From: a virus
Length of the DNA stretch: 64,000 nucleotides
Virus record (IMG/VR): IMGVR_UViG_3300002153_000349
Location: 3,176-67,175 of that record
Strand: one strand, 5' to 3'
Both the position numbers and the translations under genes were made by a program. Of the stretch, positions 51,869-63,142 are shown piece by piece. The notes under the pieces are model-generated. The model was not told the DNA's origin. It saw only the letters and a program-made list of their open reading frames with translations, and made no database searches. Each line of letters starts with the position of its first letter. Positions within the stretch are counted from its first letter, which is position 1.

Positions 51869-53689
51869 ATGGCAGATAATAACTTTTTATCAACATCTAG
51901 AATTAAAGTTGGAGAAATGATCGATGACGTAAGATCCTATATTACTAGGGTATACGGCGAGGTAGAAGGAGCATTCACGACAGCTTCACCCTTTTCACAA
52001 TTACTTGATGTTATTTCGCAAATAGGTAGATTAATATTCTTTTACATAGAAGATGCTACTGTTGAACAGAACATACTAACAGCACAGAATCCCGAATCAA
52101 TATATGGTTTATCAAGATTAGCTGGACATGATTCATTTAGAGGAGCTGCCGCTTCTGGTGAATTAAGATTAAGACTAGGTGTTTCTAATTTAGACGACAT
52201 TGCAGGTGATGCATTAAACATTCCAGCAAATTCTATTATAGAATGCAAGGATAACGGTCTTAAATACACTCTAAGAACTAGCAACGATCAATTCAGGTTA
52301 GAAAAATCAAACTCAAACTACATATATGTTCCTGTTATACAAGGTGAATACGAATCACAGAATTTAACATCAACTGGAGAATCCTTCCAATCCTTTAATG
52401 TTATAACAAAAAGCATGGTGGATCATTCTCAAGTTAGAATAAAGGTTAATTCTAATCTTTGGTCTAAATACGATTCTTTGTATGATATGAAAAAAGGAAC
52501 TCAGGGATATCTTGTCAAGACAGGTATTACAGGAGGTTTAGATATTTATTTTGGAAATGGATCTTTTGGTGAAATACCGCCTACAGGTTCTACGATAGAA
52601 GTGGAATATTTAAAAATAGCTGGTTCCATGGGTAATTTAAATGGTAGAGCCGATTTATCCTTTTTATTTAAAACAGAAGGTACGGATTCTTTAGGAAATA
52701 CACATGACTTAAATGAAATGTTAGAGTCTGAATTTACAGTTGCCCCAAAAATGGGAGCAAATCCTGAAGATATTCAATTAACGAAATTAATTGCTCCATT
52801 ACAATCACACTCATTTGTGCTAGCAACACCTGATAATTATGAGCATTTCTTATCAAGATATGGTATGTTCTCTTATTTAGATGCATATAATACAACGGAT
52901 GATGGATATTTAGATGATGATAATGTTATCTATCTGTTTATGTTGCCCAACACTCTCAAAAAACTACAAAACAATAAAGATTATTTTAATTTAGATACAT
53001 CTGAATTCTTTTTTACTGAAATAGAAAAAGAAGGTATCTTAGGTTTATTAGAAAAATCAGGAAGACAAATGGTCACTACTGAAGTAAAGATAGTTAATCC
53101 AGAACCACAATTTTTTAGAATGGATGTTAAGGTAAGATACTTTGAAGGATATAGTAAAGCTAACGTTGCGACAGAGATTAGATCTAAGATTGCAGAATAC
53201 TTAATTAATATAACACGAAGAGACAGATTACCTAAATCAGATATCGTTGCAATTGTTGAGGCAATTGACGGCATTGATTCAGTTAATGTTAAATTTACTT
53301 CTGAAAAAGAAGAAACAGCAAGAAGACTAGGCTACTATATATCTGAGACAGTTAATGTTACTCCATCTACTCCAGTATTAAAGGACGTTGGTAATGGTAA
53401 ACAAAAGATGGTTTTCTTTAAAAGAACAGTAACTACATCACAGGTCAACTTTGAACCGGGAGCTGCTCTTCCTGAAAATGTAATTAATCTAGATTCATTT
53501 GGAGATATTATTTTAGAACCTGAAGAAGTAGCATTGTTCAGAGGTGGATGGCTAGATAGCGATAATGCAATGGTCGAAGATTCTGTCAAGACAGGTGAAA
53601 AGGCTGCTCTTTCAATATACTTTGATGAGCCAGCGGTCAAGAATTCAATATTTGCAAAAGTTCAAGCTAAAAATAGAAAATCAATATAA
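51869..53689 (+). CDS. Baseplate wedge protein, T4 gp6/gpJ-like
   Basis: NILTAQ..ESI..L....G, IYFGNGSFGEIP, IEVEYL...G..GN, T.DNYE. Confidence 0.78.
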   Translation: MADNNFLSTSRIKVGEMIDDVRSYITRVYGEVEGAFTTASPFSQLLDVISQIGRLIFFYIEDATVEQNILTAQNPESIYGLSRLAGHDSFRGAAASGELRLRLGVSNLDDIAGDALNIPANSIIECKDNGLKYTLRTSNDQFRLEKSNSNYIYVPVIQGEYESQNLTSTGESFQSFNVITKSMVDHSQVRIKVNSNLWSKYDSLYDMKKGTQGYLVKTGITGGLDIYFGNGSFGEIPPTGSTIEVEYLKIAGSMGNLNGRADLSFLFKTEGTDSLGNTHDLNEMLESEFTVAPKMGANPEDIQLTKLIAPLQSHSFVLATPDNYEHFLSRYGMFSYLDAYNTTDDGYLDDDNVIYLFMLPNTLKKLQNNKDYFNLDTSEFFFTEIEKEGILGLLEKSGRQMVTTEVKIVNPEPQFFRMDVKVRYFEGYSKANVATEIRSKIAEYLINITRRDRLPKSDIVAIVEAIDGIDSVNVKFTSEKEETARRLGYYISETVNVTPSTPVLKDVGNGKQKMVFFKRTVTTSQVNFEPGAALPENVINLDSFGDIILEPEEVALFRGGWLDSDNAMVEDSVKTGEKAALSIYFDEPAVKNSIFAKVQAKNRKSI

Positions 53690-53958
53690 TGAATATTTTT
53701 AGTAAACTATTTAAAAGCAGAAGGAAAAGAATATACTCTATTAGAGAGACCGTATTTGATGATAGAAAGAATCTAGGAAACGATTATAGAAATAATATCT
53801 TAAAGAATTCCATATCTAATCATATATGGAGAAATAATCAAATGAACGATTTCGTTAATTTTGTTCAAGAGATATTAGCAGATTGGGTTGATTCTGTAAA
53901 CTATTTAAAAGTTTATAAATCATATACCATGAAAAAGAACGATAAAAAAATTAGATAA
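53689..53958 (+). CDS. Hypothetical protein in the baseplate cluster
   Basis: TAATG coupling. Confidence 0.6.
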   Translation: MNIFSKLFKSRRKRIYSIRETVFDDRKNLGNDYRNNILKNSISNHIWRNNQMNDFVNFVQEILADWVDSVNYLKVYKSYTMKKNDKKIR

Positions 53959-53960
53959 CA

Positions 53961-56750
53961 ATGTCATATCAGAATCTTAGATTTTTTGATAATAATTCTA
54001 ATGAATTAAACTTAGACTACGACGGTACTTTAGGTTATTCTAAGGGAACTATATTTCTACCTGAAATATCAACGGGCCTATATGAAACTTTAAACCTATA
54101 TGTGTTAGAAGAAGTAAGGGATGAATTAGATAATCAAAGGTTTGTACATCCCATATCAGTTGACGCAAATAAGAATACACTTAAATTTAAATTTACCACG
54201 GAATATGGAGAAAGTACAGACATATTTCTTTATAGTGGTAAAATGAATAATGGTGATTATGATGTAAATGTAGATTCGTTTCAAATCAGTGAGATGAGAG
54301 ACAATACATTTTATAATGGCATTGATGCAAATGGTTTTAAACTAGTTCCATTAAATGCAGCAGCATTACAGCCACAGGCATGTCTTGCTAACATCGCACT
54401 GAGTTCAGAAAAAGAAGGATTTCATATTAGAAAACTAGAAGTTTATGCTACTGAGAATGGAACTGACGTAAAGGTTGCAGAAATTAAAGTTTACGGTGAA
54501 GTGGTTGGTGAAGATGAAAGACTGAAAACCCTTTTAACCAATATGGCACTTAATCTTACTGAGATGGATTATTTAATATTTAGAGATTCTGATATTAAAG
54601 ATCTTGGTGTAGATTATAAATTATTAAATACGAAGAGAAAGGAACTTTTATTACAGGCTTCTACTATTAAACCGTTTATAGGAACATATAAAGCCCTATT
54701 AGGCGTTATAGATTTCTTTGGATATAGTAATGTAAGTCTTAGAGAATATTGGTTAAATATAAATGAACAATCTGAAGGTTTTGGAAAAATGATAGTTGTT
54801 CCTGTTGCTAATCAAACTGAAGTTGGTTTTTTAGCAAAGAAAAGTAAAAATACAAATCTTCCTAATTCTAATCAAAAAAAGACTTCTAGGTTTTCATTAG
54901 CGTATAGACTAAATATTCCTACTGGAAAACTAAATGAATTTGATTTACCAGAAGTAGAAGAAATTTCAGACTTTTCGCCAGACGAAATTTTAATAAAGTT
55001 ATATGCTTTAAAGCGTAAACTACAGAGAGAATATCTACCTCTTAATGCAAAGATCGTGGATATTACAGCAGAGGGTGATTACTTCGACGGAGTAAATCAA
55101 AGAGTTTGGAATAATCAACACCAAATACATGCACAATATGCTGGACAAGACGTACATTATGATATATTTCCAGATGTTAAATCAATTTATATAGAAGATC
55201 TTAGGAAAGTAGATTATAGACTAGAAGGTCGTAATCAAAAGATAGAGGTTTTTAATAAAACAGAAAGAAATGAATTAGAAGATTCTATTAGATCTTTCTA
55301 TACAAGTTGGCATGACGAAGATATGTCTTCACATAATACGATGGCAGGAATTCCTATCGGAGCTCCTATTATATTAACAGGAACTTCTCTTAAAGATACA
55401 TGGGATGATGCAAATTTTACGTTCATAGATGCAAACGACACTGACGATGATGCCAATGTTTTACATTCTCCACTCGGACAACCTCCATACATTACCCTGC
55501 AAGATCCTTTCTTAACATGGGATGATTGGTGGAAAAGAAGTGTATATGAAATTGAATGGATAATTAAAGGTCCTAGAGGTTACTCTAAAAATATTAGAGG
55601 ATCCATTGACAACTGGTACACATTACCAATCATACTTCCATATATAGGTGAGTATACGATTGATGTTGCTTTTTGGGATTTGTATAATGTTAGAAGCATT
55701 AGTCACAATGAAAAGGTAATAGTTAAATCTAAGAACGTTGAGGTATATGGAATGTATCAGAAACTTACACCTGAATTAGATTGGGCAAATTATAAATATC
55801 AATGGGATGAAGCAGGTTCTTCATGGGAATGGGGTAGAGAAAACCTAAATACCGTCGAAGAAAGTATTGCTACATATTACATAACCCTCGATAGAGCTAA
55901 TTATTTACACGATGAGGAAGACGGTAATGAATTTTCAATAGTAAGAAGATTTGCTGATTCTACAACTCCGACTGGATTTAACGAAACAACAGGTCCATAT
56001 CAGTGGAAATCACTAAGAAAACAAATATGGAACGATGGTCCTGAAATATGCTGGGATCAAACTAGAGTCGGACCTGATTTAAATTCTTCTTTTAAAGTAG
56101 AATTAAACGGTGCTAACAATGGAACTATATCTATTTCACAGTTAGATCCCTTTACAGATCTTGAAATAGTGGAAGCATATACTCCAACTGCAACATACCC
56201 TACATCCAATACTGACTTTGTTGCCTGGGAAAATTTAAAGGATGAATTAAATAATTTAAATCCTAATCAATACCCTATTTTTACTAAATTCAATTGGAAT
56301 CCGATATATAAAGATATTGACGGAAATATAATAAACAATTTTGATGGAGCAGATACGTGCGATTATATGCTAGTAGTGTCTAAACAACCTAATCAAGTAT
56401 ATGATTTTTATAACGTAACGACAACCACTGGGATTATAGATCCTGCTAGTTTTGTTAAATATCAGGCGTACAATCCTAGTTTTAATGACTCTTATGTAAT
56501 AGACGATCACGGTACTATAAATCTATTAAATCATATGACTTTTTCTTATGACTTGACTAAAATGCCAGGTATAATAAATCAGAAATGGAGATTGATAAAT
56601 AATAGTGTAAAAAAAGAAGATATATATTATGATAATCAGTGGCTGACATACTTATTTGACACAAAGGGAGAGTATAGTATTGAGCTTGAATTAACTGATT
56701 TGAACGGAAATAAAAACATAACAAGAAAAAACATCTTAACAATTAAATAA
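53961..56750 (+). CDS. Large baseplate wedge protein (gp7/gpI-like) with Ig/PKD-like segments
   Basis: GTYKAL..VIDFFGY; GEYTI.V and GEYSIELEL.D.NGN strands; follows the gp6-like gene. Confidence 0.55.
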   Translation: MSYQNLRFFDNNSNELNLDYDGTLGYSKGTIFLPEISTGLYETLNLYVLEEVRDELDNQRFVHPISVDANKNTLKFKFTTEYGESTDIFLYSGKMNNGDYDVNVDSFQISEMRDNTFYNGIDANGFKLVPLNAAALQPQACLANIALSSEKEGFHIRKLEVYATENGTDVKVAEIKVYGEVVGEDERLKTLLTNMALNLTEMDYLIFRDSDIKDLGVDYKLLNTKRKELLLQASTIKPFIGTYKALLGVIDFFGYSNVSLREYWLNINEQSEGFGKMIVVPVANQTEVGFLAKKSKNTNLPNSNQKKTSRFSLAYRLNIPTGKLNEFDLPEVEEISDFSPDEILIKLYALKRKLQREYLPLNAKIVDITAEGDYFDGVNQRVWNNQHQIHAQYAGQDVHYDIFPDVKSIYIEDLRKVDYRLEGRNQKIEVFNKTERNELEDSIRSFYTSWHDEDMSSHNTMAGIPIGAPIILTGTSLKDTWDDANFTFIDANDTDDDANVLHSPLGQPPYITLQDPFLTWDDWWKRSVYEIEWIIKGPRGYSKNIRGSIDNWYTLPIILPYIGEYTIDVAFWDLYNVRSISHNEKVIVKSKNVEVYGMYQKLTPELDWANYKYQWDEAGSSWEWGRENLNTVEESIATYYITLDRANYLHDEEDGNEFSIVRRFADSTTPTGFNETTGPYQWKSLRKQIWNDGPEICWDQTRVGPDLNSSFKVELNGANNGTISISQLDPFTDLEIVEAYTPTATYPTSNTDFVAWENLKDELNNLNPNQYPIFTKFNWNPIYKDIDGNIINNFDGADTCDYMLVVSKQPNQVYDFYNVTTTTGIIDPASFVKYQAYNPSFNDSYVIDDHGTINLLNHMTFSYDLTKMPGIINQKWRLINNSVKKEDIYYDNQWLTYLFDTKGEYSIELELTDLNGNKNITRKNILTIK

Positions 56751-56751
56751 A

Positions 56752-57306
56752 ATGGCAAGTATTACAACAATTTTAGGAACGCACTCACTTTCTTCTTCGA
56801 GACTTACTATCAATAACAATTTTGATAATGTAAATGATGAATTAGGATTAATTGCAAATGTTCTAGACACGACAAGTTCTACGTTATCTTTAACTGGAGC
56901 TATTACGGCAGGTACACTGTCCGTAAACACAGGTACATTAACTACATTTAACGTAACCGCATCTTCATTAGAAGCAGGTGTCGAAGCTACGTTTAAAGAA
57001 AATGTTATCTTAGAAAAAGGATTACAGCATTCTATTGCAGACACTGTTAATTTTCCAACTGGAAATCCAACACTAGGAGCTTACATATATACTGGATCCA
57101 CGGATCTTATATTAGGAGATTCTAATGCTGGACAAACTTTAACTATAATCGCATCAGCAGCATTTGCTATAGCAAGTGCAAGTTTAGCGAATATACATGG
57201 AGTTACAACTGAAGTAACCGTTTCACAGAATGGTAGCATTAGTTTGATAGGAGGCATTAACAATAAGTGGTGGATTACAAGTTCACATAACGCTATAATT
57301 TCGTAA
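56752..57306 (+). CDS. Putative virion structural protein
   Basis: SR.TINNNF N-terminus; T/S/G-rich. Confidence 0.55.
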   Translation: MASITTILGTHSLSSSRLTINNNFDNVNDELGLIANVLDTTSSTLSLTGAITAGTLSVNTGTLTTFNVTASSLEAGVEATFKENVILEKGLQHSIADTVNFPTGNPTLGAYIYTGSTDLILGDSNAGQTLTIIASAAFAIASASLANIHGVTTEVTVSQNGSISLIGGINNKWWITSSHNAIIS

Positions 57307-57330
57307 CATAAAAATAAAACAATAGATTAG

Positions 57331-59316
57331 ATGGCTACACCACTAATAAGGATTCCACAGGAACAGGGAGGTACGATGTATGCTTTTGCTAACTCAGCAA
57401 GGGATTTGACGCGTGCTTATTATAATCCAGATATTAATTTTGAATTTTCTAAATTTGCATTGCTAGACTTGCCAGTATATGCAGATGCTAATTTAAGTGA
57501 TCCCAATGACCCTAGTACAGGACCTAACTATATTAACTATACGAATTTATTCGAAGGAGGTGGTGGTGAAAATGCTAGTGCTTATAGCGACATAGCACAT
57601 GATGGTAACGGTAATGTTCATTTCGCACAGACTTTTCAAAGTTACGCACTTAATTTAGAGAACATGTTACTTAACCCTGAGGTTAATGACGATTTTGATG
57701 ATGTATTGTTTCAAAGTGATGCAGAAAAAATATTCTTTAAATACTTATATCATATAAATGCAATAAGAGTTAGAACTGCAACTTCACAAGAAGTTTCAAC
57801 AGGATATTCTAGAATGATTGAGTTAGATGATTCTACTCAGTCTGGTTCTGAATATAGTCAAGTTATAAAATATATCGGAAACATCGATGTAACTAACGAT
57901 AAGAATTACAAAGGACAACAATATAACGAAATATTTGTTAATGTTCCTTCTTCTGTAGGATATACCCCTGAAGTTTTATTAGAAACATCTAAATTTAATA
58001 CTAATAATATTAAGTTTGTACCGGGTTCTGAAATTGAAGGAAGAACAAGTGATGATATTCATCCAGATCCTTTCTTAAGTTTAGAATCTTATGCAGATCA
58101 ATCCGATGGAACTTATAATACAGATGAAAATGAAATACCCACGTTTGGAATTGATTTTAATGCAAGTGCATATTCAAAAATCATAAATGATCCAAAACTA
58201 AATTCAGTATTAGATTATTCTAAAAGAGGTGGAGATTTTAGGTTTAACGCTATTTTAGTATACTATGACATCTACTCAAAATCCAATATTGGAAATAAAG
58301 CGACTAACCTATATGGTATAATTTTATTAGATAACTGGAAAGAAGATACGTCTAATGATGGATGGTATATTCCAGAATTAACTAAATACAAACCGAATGA
58401 GGTTACGGGTCTTAATGGTAATGCATTCGCACTTAAATTAAATCTTAAGTTTAATTCTGCCCTAGATAACGTAGGAATAGAGAAGAATATTAATGATTAT
58501 TCTACTTTCTCAATGGATATTTTCTTAGACACGACCAGTGCTTTAGAAAATGCGGTTCAATTATTAAGAGATGCTAATACAAGATACAATGATATTTCTA
58601 AGAAAGTTGAAATGTTAGAAAGTTTCTTTTTAAGTTCTGAAAGTTTACAAGGAATATCTAAAAGATTAGATAATATAGAGCAAGATGTTGAAAACGCTAC
58701 TCTTAATTTCCAAGATGAAAGAAGTCTTTTAGACTTGATAACAAACACCAACTCTAGGTTAAATCAGGTTATATCTGGTGTAATCCCGGCAGAGATACAA
58801 TATAATACAGACGTTCTAGAATCAGGTAACACAGGAGTCTCTATTGATAAATCAAGTAATGGTAAAGTTAAAATTAGTTGTGTAAATTATGGTTATTCTT
58901 TAGGACAAGCTTATGTATATGACACTGTAACTTCTGCTAATGAAAGAGAATTATCAGCTGATTCTATGTTTTTACCGGATGAAGCTGGTACAAAGGCAGT
59001 ATGGCAAAGACTTAAAGAGTTTGATAATTTAGTTAGAATATACACAGACCAATCACAGAGCTTTGATTCTAACCTGAATATATACTTAGATGATACAATA
59101 ACAAACTGGAAAAAAGGCCAAGTTGTTAGAGTAACTTTTAAAAATAAAATAAAAAACTTATCAACGCATTATATAACACTGTGGACTGATAAGAGTAATG
59201 GATGGTCGCAGAAACTTTCTATTTCTTTATCGGACTTATTATCTAATAAACCATATATTGAAATAGTATGCGTAGATCCAGTAAATAAAACGTTTGAATA
59301 CGATATCTTAAGATAA
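57331..59316 (+). CDS. Putative virion structural protein with a central coiled coil
   Basis: 661-aa ORF; context-based call. Confidence 0.6.
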   Translation: MATPLIRIPQEQGGTMYAFANSARDLTRAYYNPDINFEFSKFALLDLPVYADANLSDPNDPSTGPNYINYTNLFEGGGGENASAYSDIAHDGNGNVHFAQTFQSYALNLENMLLNPEVNDDFDDVLFQSDAEKIFFKYLYHINAIRVRTATSQEVSTGYSRMIELDDSTQSGSEYSQVIKYIGNIDVTNDKNYKGQQYNEIFVNVPSSVGYTPEVLLETSKFNTNNIKFVPGSEIEGRTSDDIHPDPFLSLESYADQSDGTYNTDENEIPTFGIDFNASAYSKIINDPKLNSVLDYSKRGGDFRFNAILVYYDIYSKSNIGNKATNLYGIILLDNWKEDTSNDGWYIPELTKYKPNEVTGLNGNAFALKLNLKFNSALDNVGIEKNINDYSTFSMDIFLDTTSALENAVQLLRDANTRYNDISKKVEMLESFFLSSESLQGISKRLDNIEQDVENATLNFQDERSLLDLITNTNSRLNQVISGVIPAEIQYNTDVLESGNTGVSIDKSSNGKVKISCVNYGYSLGQAYVYDTVTSANERELSADSMFLPDEAGTKAVWQRLKEFDNLVRIYTDQSQSFDSNLNIYLDDTITNWKKGQVVRVTFKNKIKNLSTHYITLWTDKSNGWSQKLSISLSDLLSNKPYIEIVCVDPVNKTFEYDILR

Positions 59317-59317
59317 T

Positions 59318-62300
59318 ATGAGCGCTAGCAATTCCATATCACATTTACTCGAACAGTTTCTAGAATTAAATACTAATTCACTAGAAACTTTCGAACGTAT
59401 CAATGAGGCTATTTCAACCGACAAAGAAACGGTTACAATAGATTTATTCGATAATCGCACAGGAGAAATGACTGCAATTCAGATTCCAGCATTTGGATTT
59501 TTGAAAAGAGAAATTGAAAGAATTGATAAGAACATGACTGCGATTAGCGGTTTAGATACTTCTAGTGCAAACGTAAAACTTAAAGATGGATCTTATAGAA
59601 GAATACATACTTCTAAATTAAAAGGACCTTCCTTACCTATAAAATCTCTAGCGACTCCTAAGGAATTCAACACTCAATTAAATGATTTCTTTGAAGATTT
59701 CCTAAATCCTTTATTAACTATTAGCCTAGATGTTAAAGGACAGATTCCAGTAGATACTGAAAGAGTTTATACTGAAAGATTTATATTCGATCATGAAGAC
59801 CTAGCATCTACTGAATCTTTTGATGAAGTTTTTAAAGGTCAAAATGATGTTAATTATTCTAAATTTATTTCTAAAATAAAAGAAGATGGTTTAAAATATA
59901 GAATAGATGCAGAGACGGTAGATATGCCAATAAGATCTATTCAATACAATGGCCAATTAGATGTATTAAAAGTAGAAAATGTTCAAAAAACCTCTTTAAT
60001 AGACGGAACTAGTCAAACTAAAACCGTAAAGGTTTACACTCTAAATAAATTAACGTATTCAGACTCTAATAAAGAGATGAAAGATACTGAAACTCTAAAA
60101 ATTGGAGATTCATTAGTAGTAAATACATCTGAGTACAATACAAGATATAAAGTAACCTCTATTGATTCTTCATCTTCACAAGTTGAACTATCTCTTTTAG
60201 AAGGTTATGCACCCATTAAGATAGCAGCAAACGCTCTCGCTATTTACAAAGACATTGATGTTTCCGTTTCTATAGATATTAAAGTTGGATTTAATGAAAG
60301 ACAAGTTGTCTTTGTTAAACCAATTGATCCTATCTCTAAATTACCAGCTACTGATTTCTCACCAGGTGTTGCATTCTTTTCGAATGAACTTACTATTCAA
60401 AATGAAGATGGTATAGTTACTACACTTGCTAAATATTATAAAGAAGAAGTTGCTGATTTTGGTCAATTTATTAAAGCACTTAAGGTTGATTACATTCCAC
60501 CTGCGTCAGAAGGTCTAATCCCAGATGCACCTGTAGTAGAAGTAGATAACTTTAAAGTAACACAAATTAATAAACACCTTACTCAAAACGCAAGCGTTGA
60601 ACAAGTAAAAAAGATTAAATCTGATAAAGTTAAAGCTAAAGAAGTTATTAAAAAGCTTGACACTACAATCAGAAAGAAAAGAAAATTAATTGCTACTAAA
60701 AAGTTCTCATCTAAAATAGAAAGAAATAGAGAGAAAAATGAATTAGCTTCTATTATTAGAGAAAAGTCAGCTGAAACTAAAGTATTCTCTTCTAGCGTTA
60801 GTCAAATTAAAGCGATTGCAGAATCAAATGAATTACCTAAAGTTAATCCTAAATATAGGGTAAGAGGTTTTTGGTCTATTCCAGAGCCTAAAAAAGTTGG
60901 TGATGAAATTTCACAAGAGGTGGTTCAGTTTGTTGCTAGATATAGATATGTTTCAGCGACGGGTAAAACATCTGTAATAGAGCAAATTAAATTTAATAAA
61001 AAAACTGCTGCATTCTCAAACTGGGTAGAAGTTAAAGGTCCTATTAGAAAAAGAGAAAAGCAAGCAGATGGTGGATATAGATGGATTCTAGAATCTGAAG
61101 AAGATTCACAAGCTATTAATTTTAATTCAATAGATTTATCTATTCAACCGGGAGAGAAAATAGAAATGATGATTAAATCTGTTTCTGAAGCAGGTTTTCC
61201 ACAAACTCCAGTAGAATCAGAATGGTCAGATATTATTACTATTCCATTCCCTGAAGGAGAAATATCATCAGACGGTGCAAACTCATTAATAAACCAAAAC
61301 GACTTAGATAATGTTAAAGTTGAAATAAACGATGATTTAGAATCACAAGGATTATTTACACACCTTGATAGTGGATTTACAGCAGGAGATACTTATTATG
61401 CACATGCCGCAGATGCACTAGCATCTGGCTTTTTAACAGGAGAACAGAATCCTATTAGTGTTTATGATAAATTACTAGAATTGCAAAATCAATTAGAAAG
61501 ATTACAAGCTAAAGTTGAAGGTGCAGTCGGTGAATTACAAATTAAAATTATTGACGAAGATGGTGAAGTAACCTTAGTTAAAAATAATTCTACTGCTAAA
61601 ATATTTGCAGGATATTATGTAGATGAAGCTCCTACTGATGAAACTAAAGGATATATCGTTACCAAAAATTATAGAGTAGAACTTCATAATACTAAAGCAT
61701 CTGATCTGGAATTATGTGCAAGAATTGTTGGAAATCTTAAACAACCTGCGTATGTATCTTCATCACAACAGGAATACGGCCTAGGTCTTATAGACTTAGA
61801 AACAGCTAATCAAAAGCCTGGAGCCGATGCAGCACCAGATCCTATGATAGCAAACGATGCGTATTATACAACAGAGGCACAATATGATTTAGTTCCTGTT
61901 GTTTATCAAAACCTTACAGGAGATGGAAATTCTTACAATCATTTTGCTGGCGCCCCAGATCAATCATCGCAATTAAATGGACAATTTATTTACTCTAGAT
62001 ATAGAAACATAGCTAATAATGGTGATCTTTATTCAGTTGTAAACCCAGATACTGATACTAATAGACTTTCTAACTTAACAGGAGTAAGCAACGCAGAATA
62101 CGGATTGACATTCGACATGGGTAATACTCCAGTTGGTTCAATTACAGGTAGAACACATTTAAGAGATTTTACAGGTGTGACATTGAGTCCATGGGCAACT
62201 GCTAATCTTAACGGAGCTAACGATTTTATATGGAATGGAACATATTCAAACCAAAATGGTGCCACAACTCCTTCTCCGGATTCAGTTCCTATTTCAACAA

Positions 62301-63085
62301 TAACGGCTGCGACATACGATTCGGGTCTTTTTCTATCTAAGTTTCATCCTCTTGTGGTTGATCCACCTGCGACTGTCGCAGATCAAATGCATTCTATCGA
62401 TATAGTTTCGTCCGGAGCAGTTACAATGCCTAAATACGCAGTTAAGAGATCTAATGATAAAGATGGTAAAATACAAACAGCATATCAGCCTTTAACAATT
62501 ACATTTAGAGATGATCCAGAAAGTGGTCCAATAGACTCAGCCGGCAGTATAATTGGTAGAAAATCTTTAAAAAATTCATTTACAGAAGATGATCAGTTTT
62601 TATTAGGTGGTCTTTCATGTGGTTCATTCCTATATCTTTCACCCATAAACCAAAATAGTTTATCAGTAGATGGACCTAATAAATATGGTAAAAAAATAAT
62701 CGAAGGTGGAAGTCAAAATGCAGTGTCAGTTGACATGGTATTCCAATATAGAATGACGGATTACTTTGGAAAAGATGATACAGGTAAAGGTAGAGTTGCC
62801 GGAATATATGGAAATACATTTAGCAATTTAACATATTCAAAGAAAATTGGGTTAGACATTATAGATTCATATAAAACTGAATTTAGTTTCGATATAGAAG
62901 TTTACGCTAAATACAGAGCAGTTGGTACAAATAAAAACAGTATTAATAAAGTGATGCTGACTAATTATAGAAGCTCTATTGGTAGTGGTAGTAACTGGTG
63001 GTGGAATAGAAGAAAATTCTTTAGCGGATATAACGATTTTAGTTCATCTAGATTATACGATTTCGATGCTCGCCCATATAGGTAA
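59318..63085 (+). CDS. Large putative virion structural protein
   Basis: 1255-aa ORF with coiled-coil and beta-rich regions; context-based call. Confidence 0.6.
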   Translation: MSASNSISHLLEQFLELNTNSLETFERINEAISTDKETVTIDLFDNRTGEMTAIQIPAFGFLKREIERIDKNMTAISGLDTSSANVKLKDGSYRRIHTSKLKGPSLPIKSLATPKEFNTQLNDFFEDFLNPLLTISLDVKGQIPVDTERVYTERFIFDHEDLASTESFDEVFKGQNDVNYSKFISKIKEDGLKYRIDAETVDMPIRSIQYNGQLDVLKVENVQKTSLIDGTSQTKTVKVYTLNKLTYSDSNKEMKDTETLKIGDSLVVNTSEYNTRYKVTSIDSSSSQVELSLLEGYAPIKIAANALAIYKDIDVSVSIDIKVGFNERQVVFVKPIDPISKLPATDFSPGVAFFSNELTIQNEDGIVTTLAKYYKEEVADFGQFIKALKVDYIPPASEGLIPDAPVVEVDNFKVTQINKHLTQNASVEQVKKIKSDKVKAKEVIKKLDTTIRKKRKLIATKKFSSKIERNREKNELASIIREKSAETKVFSSSVSQIKAIAESNELPKVNPKYRVRGFWSIPEPKKVGDEISQEVVQFVARYRYVSATGKTSVIEQIKFNKKTAAFSNWVEVKGPIRKREKQADGGYRWILESEEDSQAINFNSIDLSIQPGEKIEMMIKSVSEAGFPQTPVESEWSDIITIPFPEGEISSDGANSLINQNDLDNVKVEINDDLESQGLFTHLDSGFTAGDTYYAHAADALASGFLTGEQNPISVYDKLLELQNQLERLQAKVEGAVGELQIKIIDEDGEVTLVKNNSTAKIFAGYYVDEAPTDETKGYIVTKNYRVELHNTKASDLELCARIVGNLKQPAYVSSSQQEYGLGLIDLETANQKPGADAAPDPMIANDAYYTTEAQYDLVPVVYQNLTGDGNSYNHFAGAPDQSSQLNGQFIYSRYRNIANNGDLYSVVNPDTDTNRLSNLTGVSNAEYGLTFDMGNTPVGSITGRTHLRDFTGVTLSPWATANLNGANDFIWNGTYSNQNGATTPSPDSVPISTITAATYDSGLFLSKFHPLVVDPPATVADQMHSIDIVSSGAVTMPKYAVKRSNDKDGKIQTAYQPLTITFRDDPESGPIDSAGSIIGRKSLKNSFTEDDQFLLGGLSCGSFLYLSPINQNSLSVDGPNKYGKKIIEGGSQNAVSVDMVFQYRMTDYFGKDDTGKGRVAGIYGNTFSNLTYSKKIGLDIIDSYKTEFSFDIEVYAKYRAVGTNKNSINKVMLTNYRSSIGSGSNWWWNRRKFFSGYNDFSSSRLYDFDARPYR

Positions 63086-63142
63086 TATCTCGCCGTAACA
63101 AAGCAAGATATATACTCTAACAAAAATAGAGTCTATTTATAA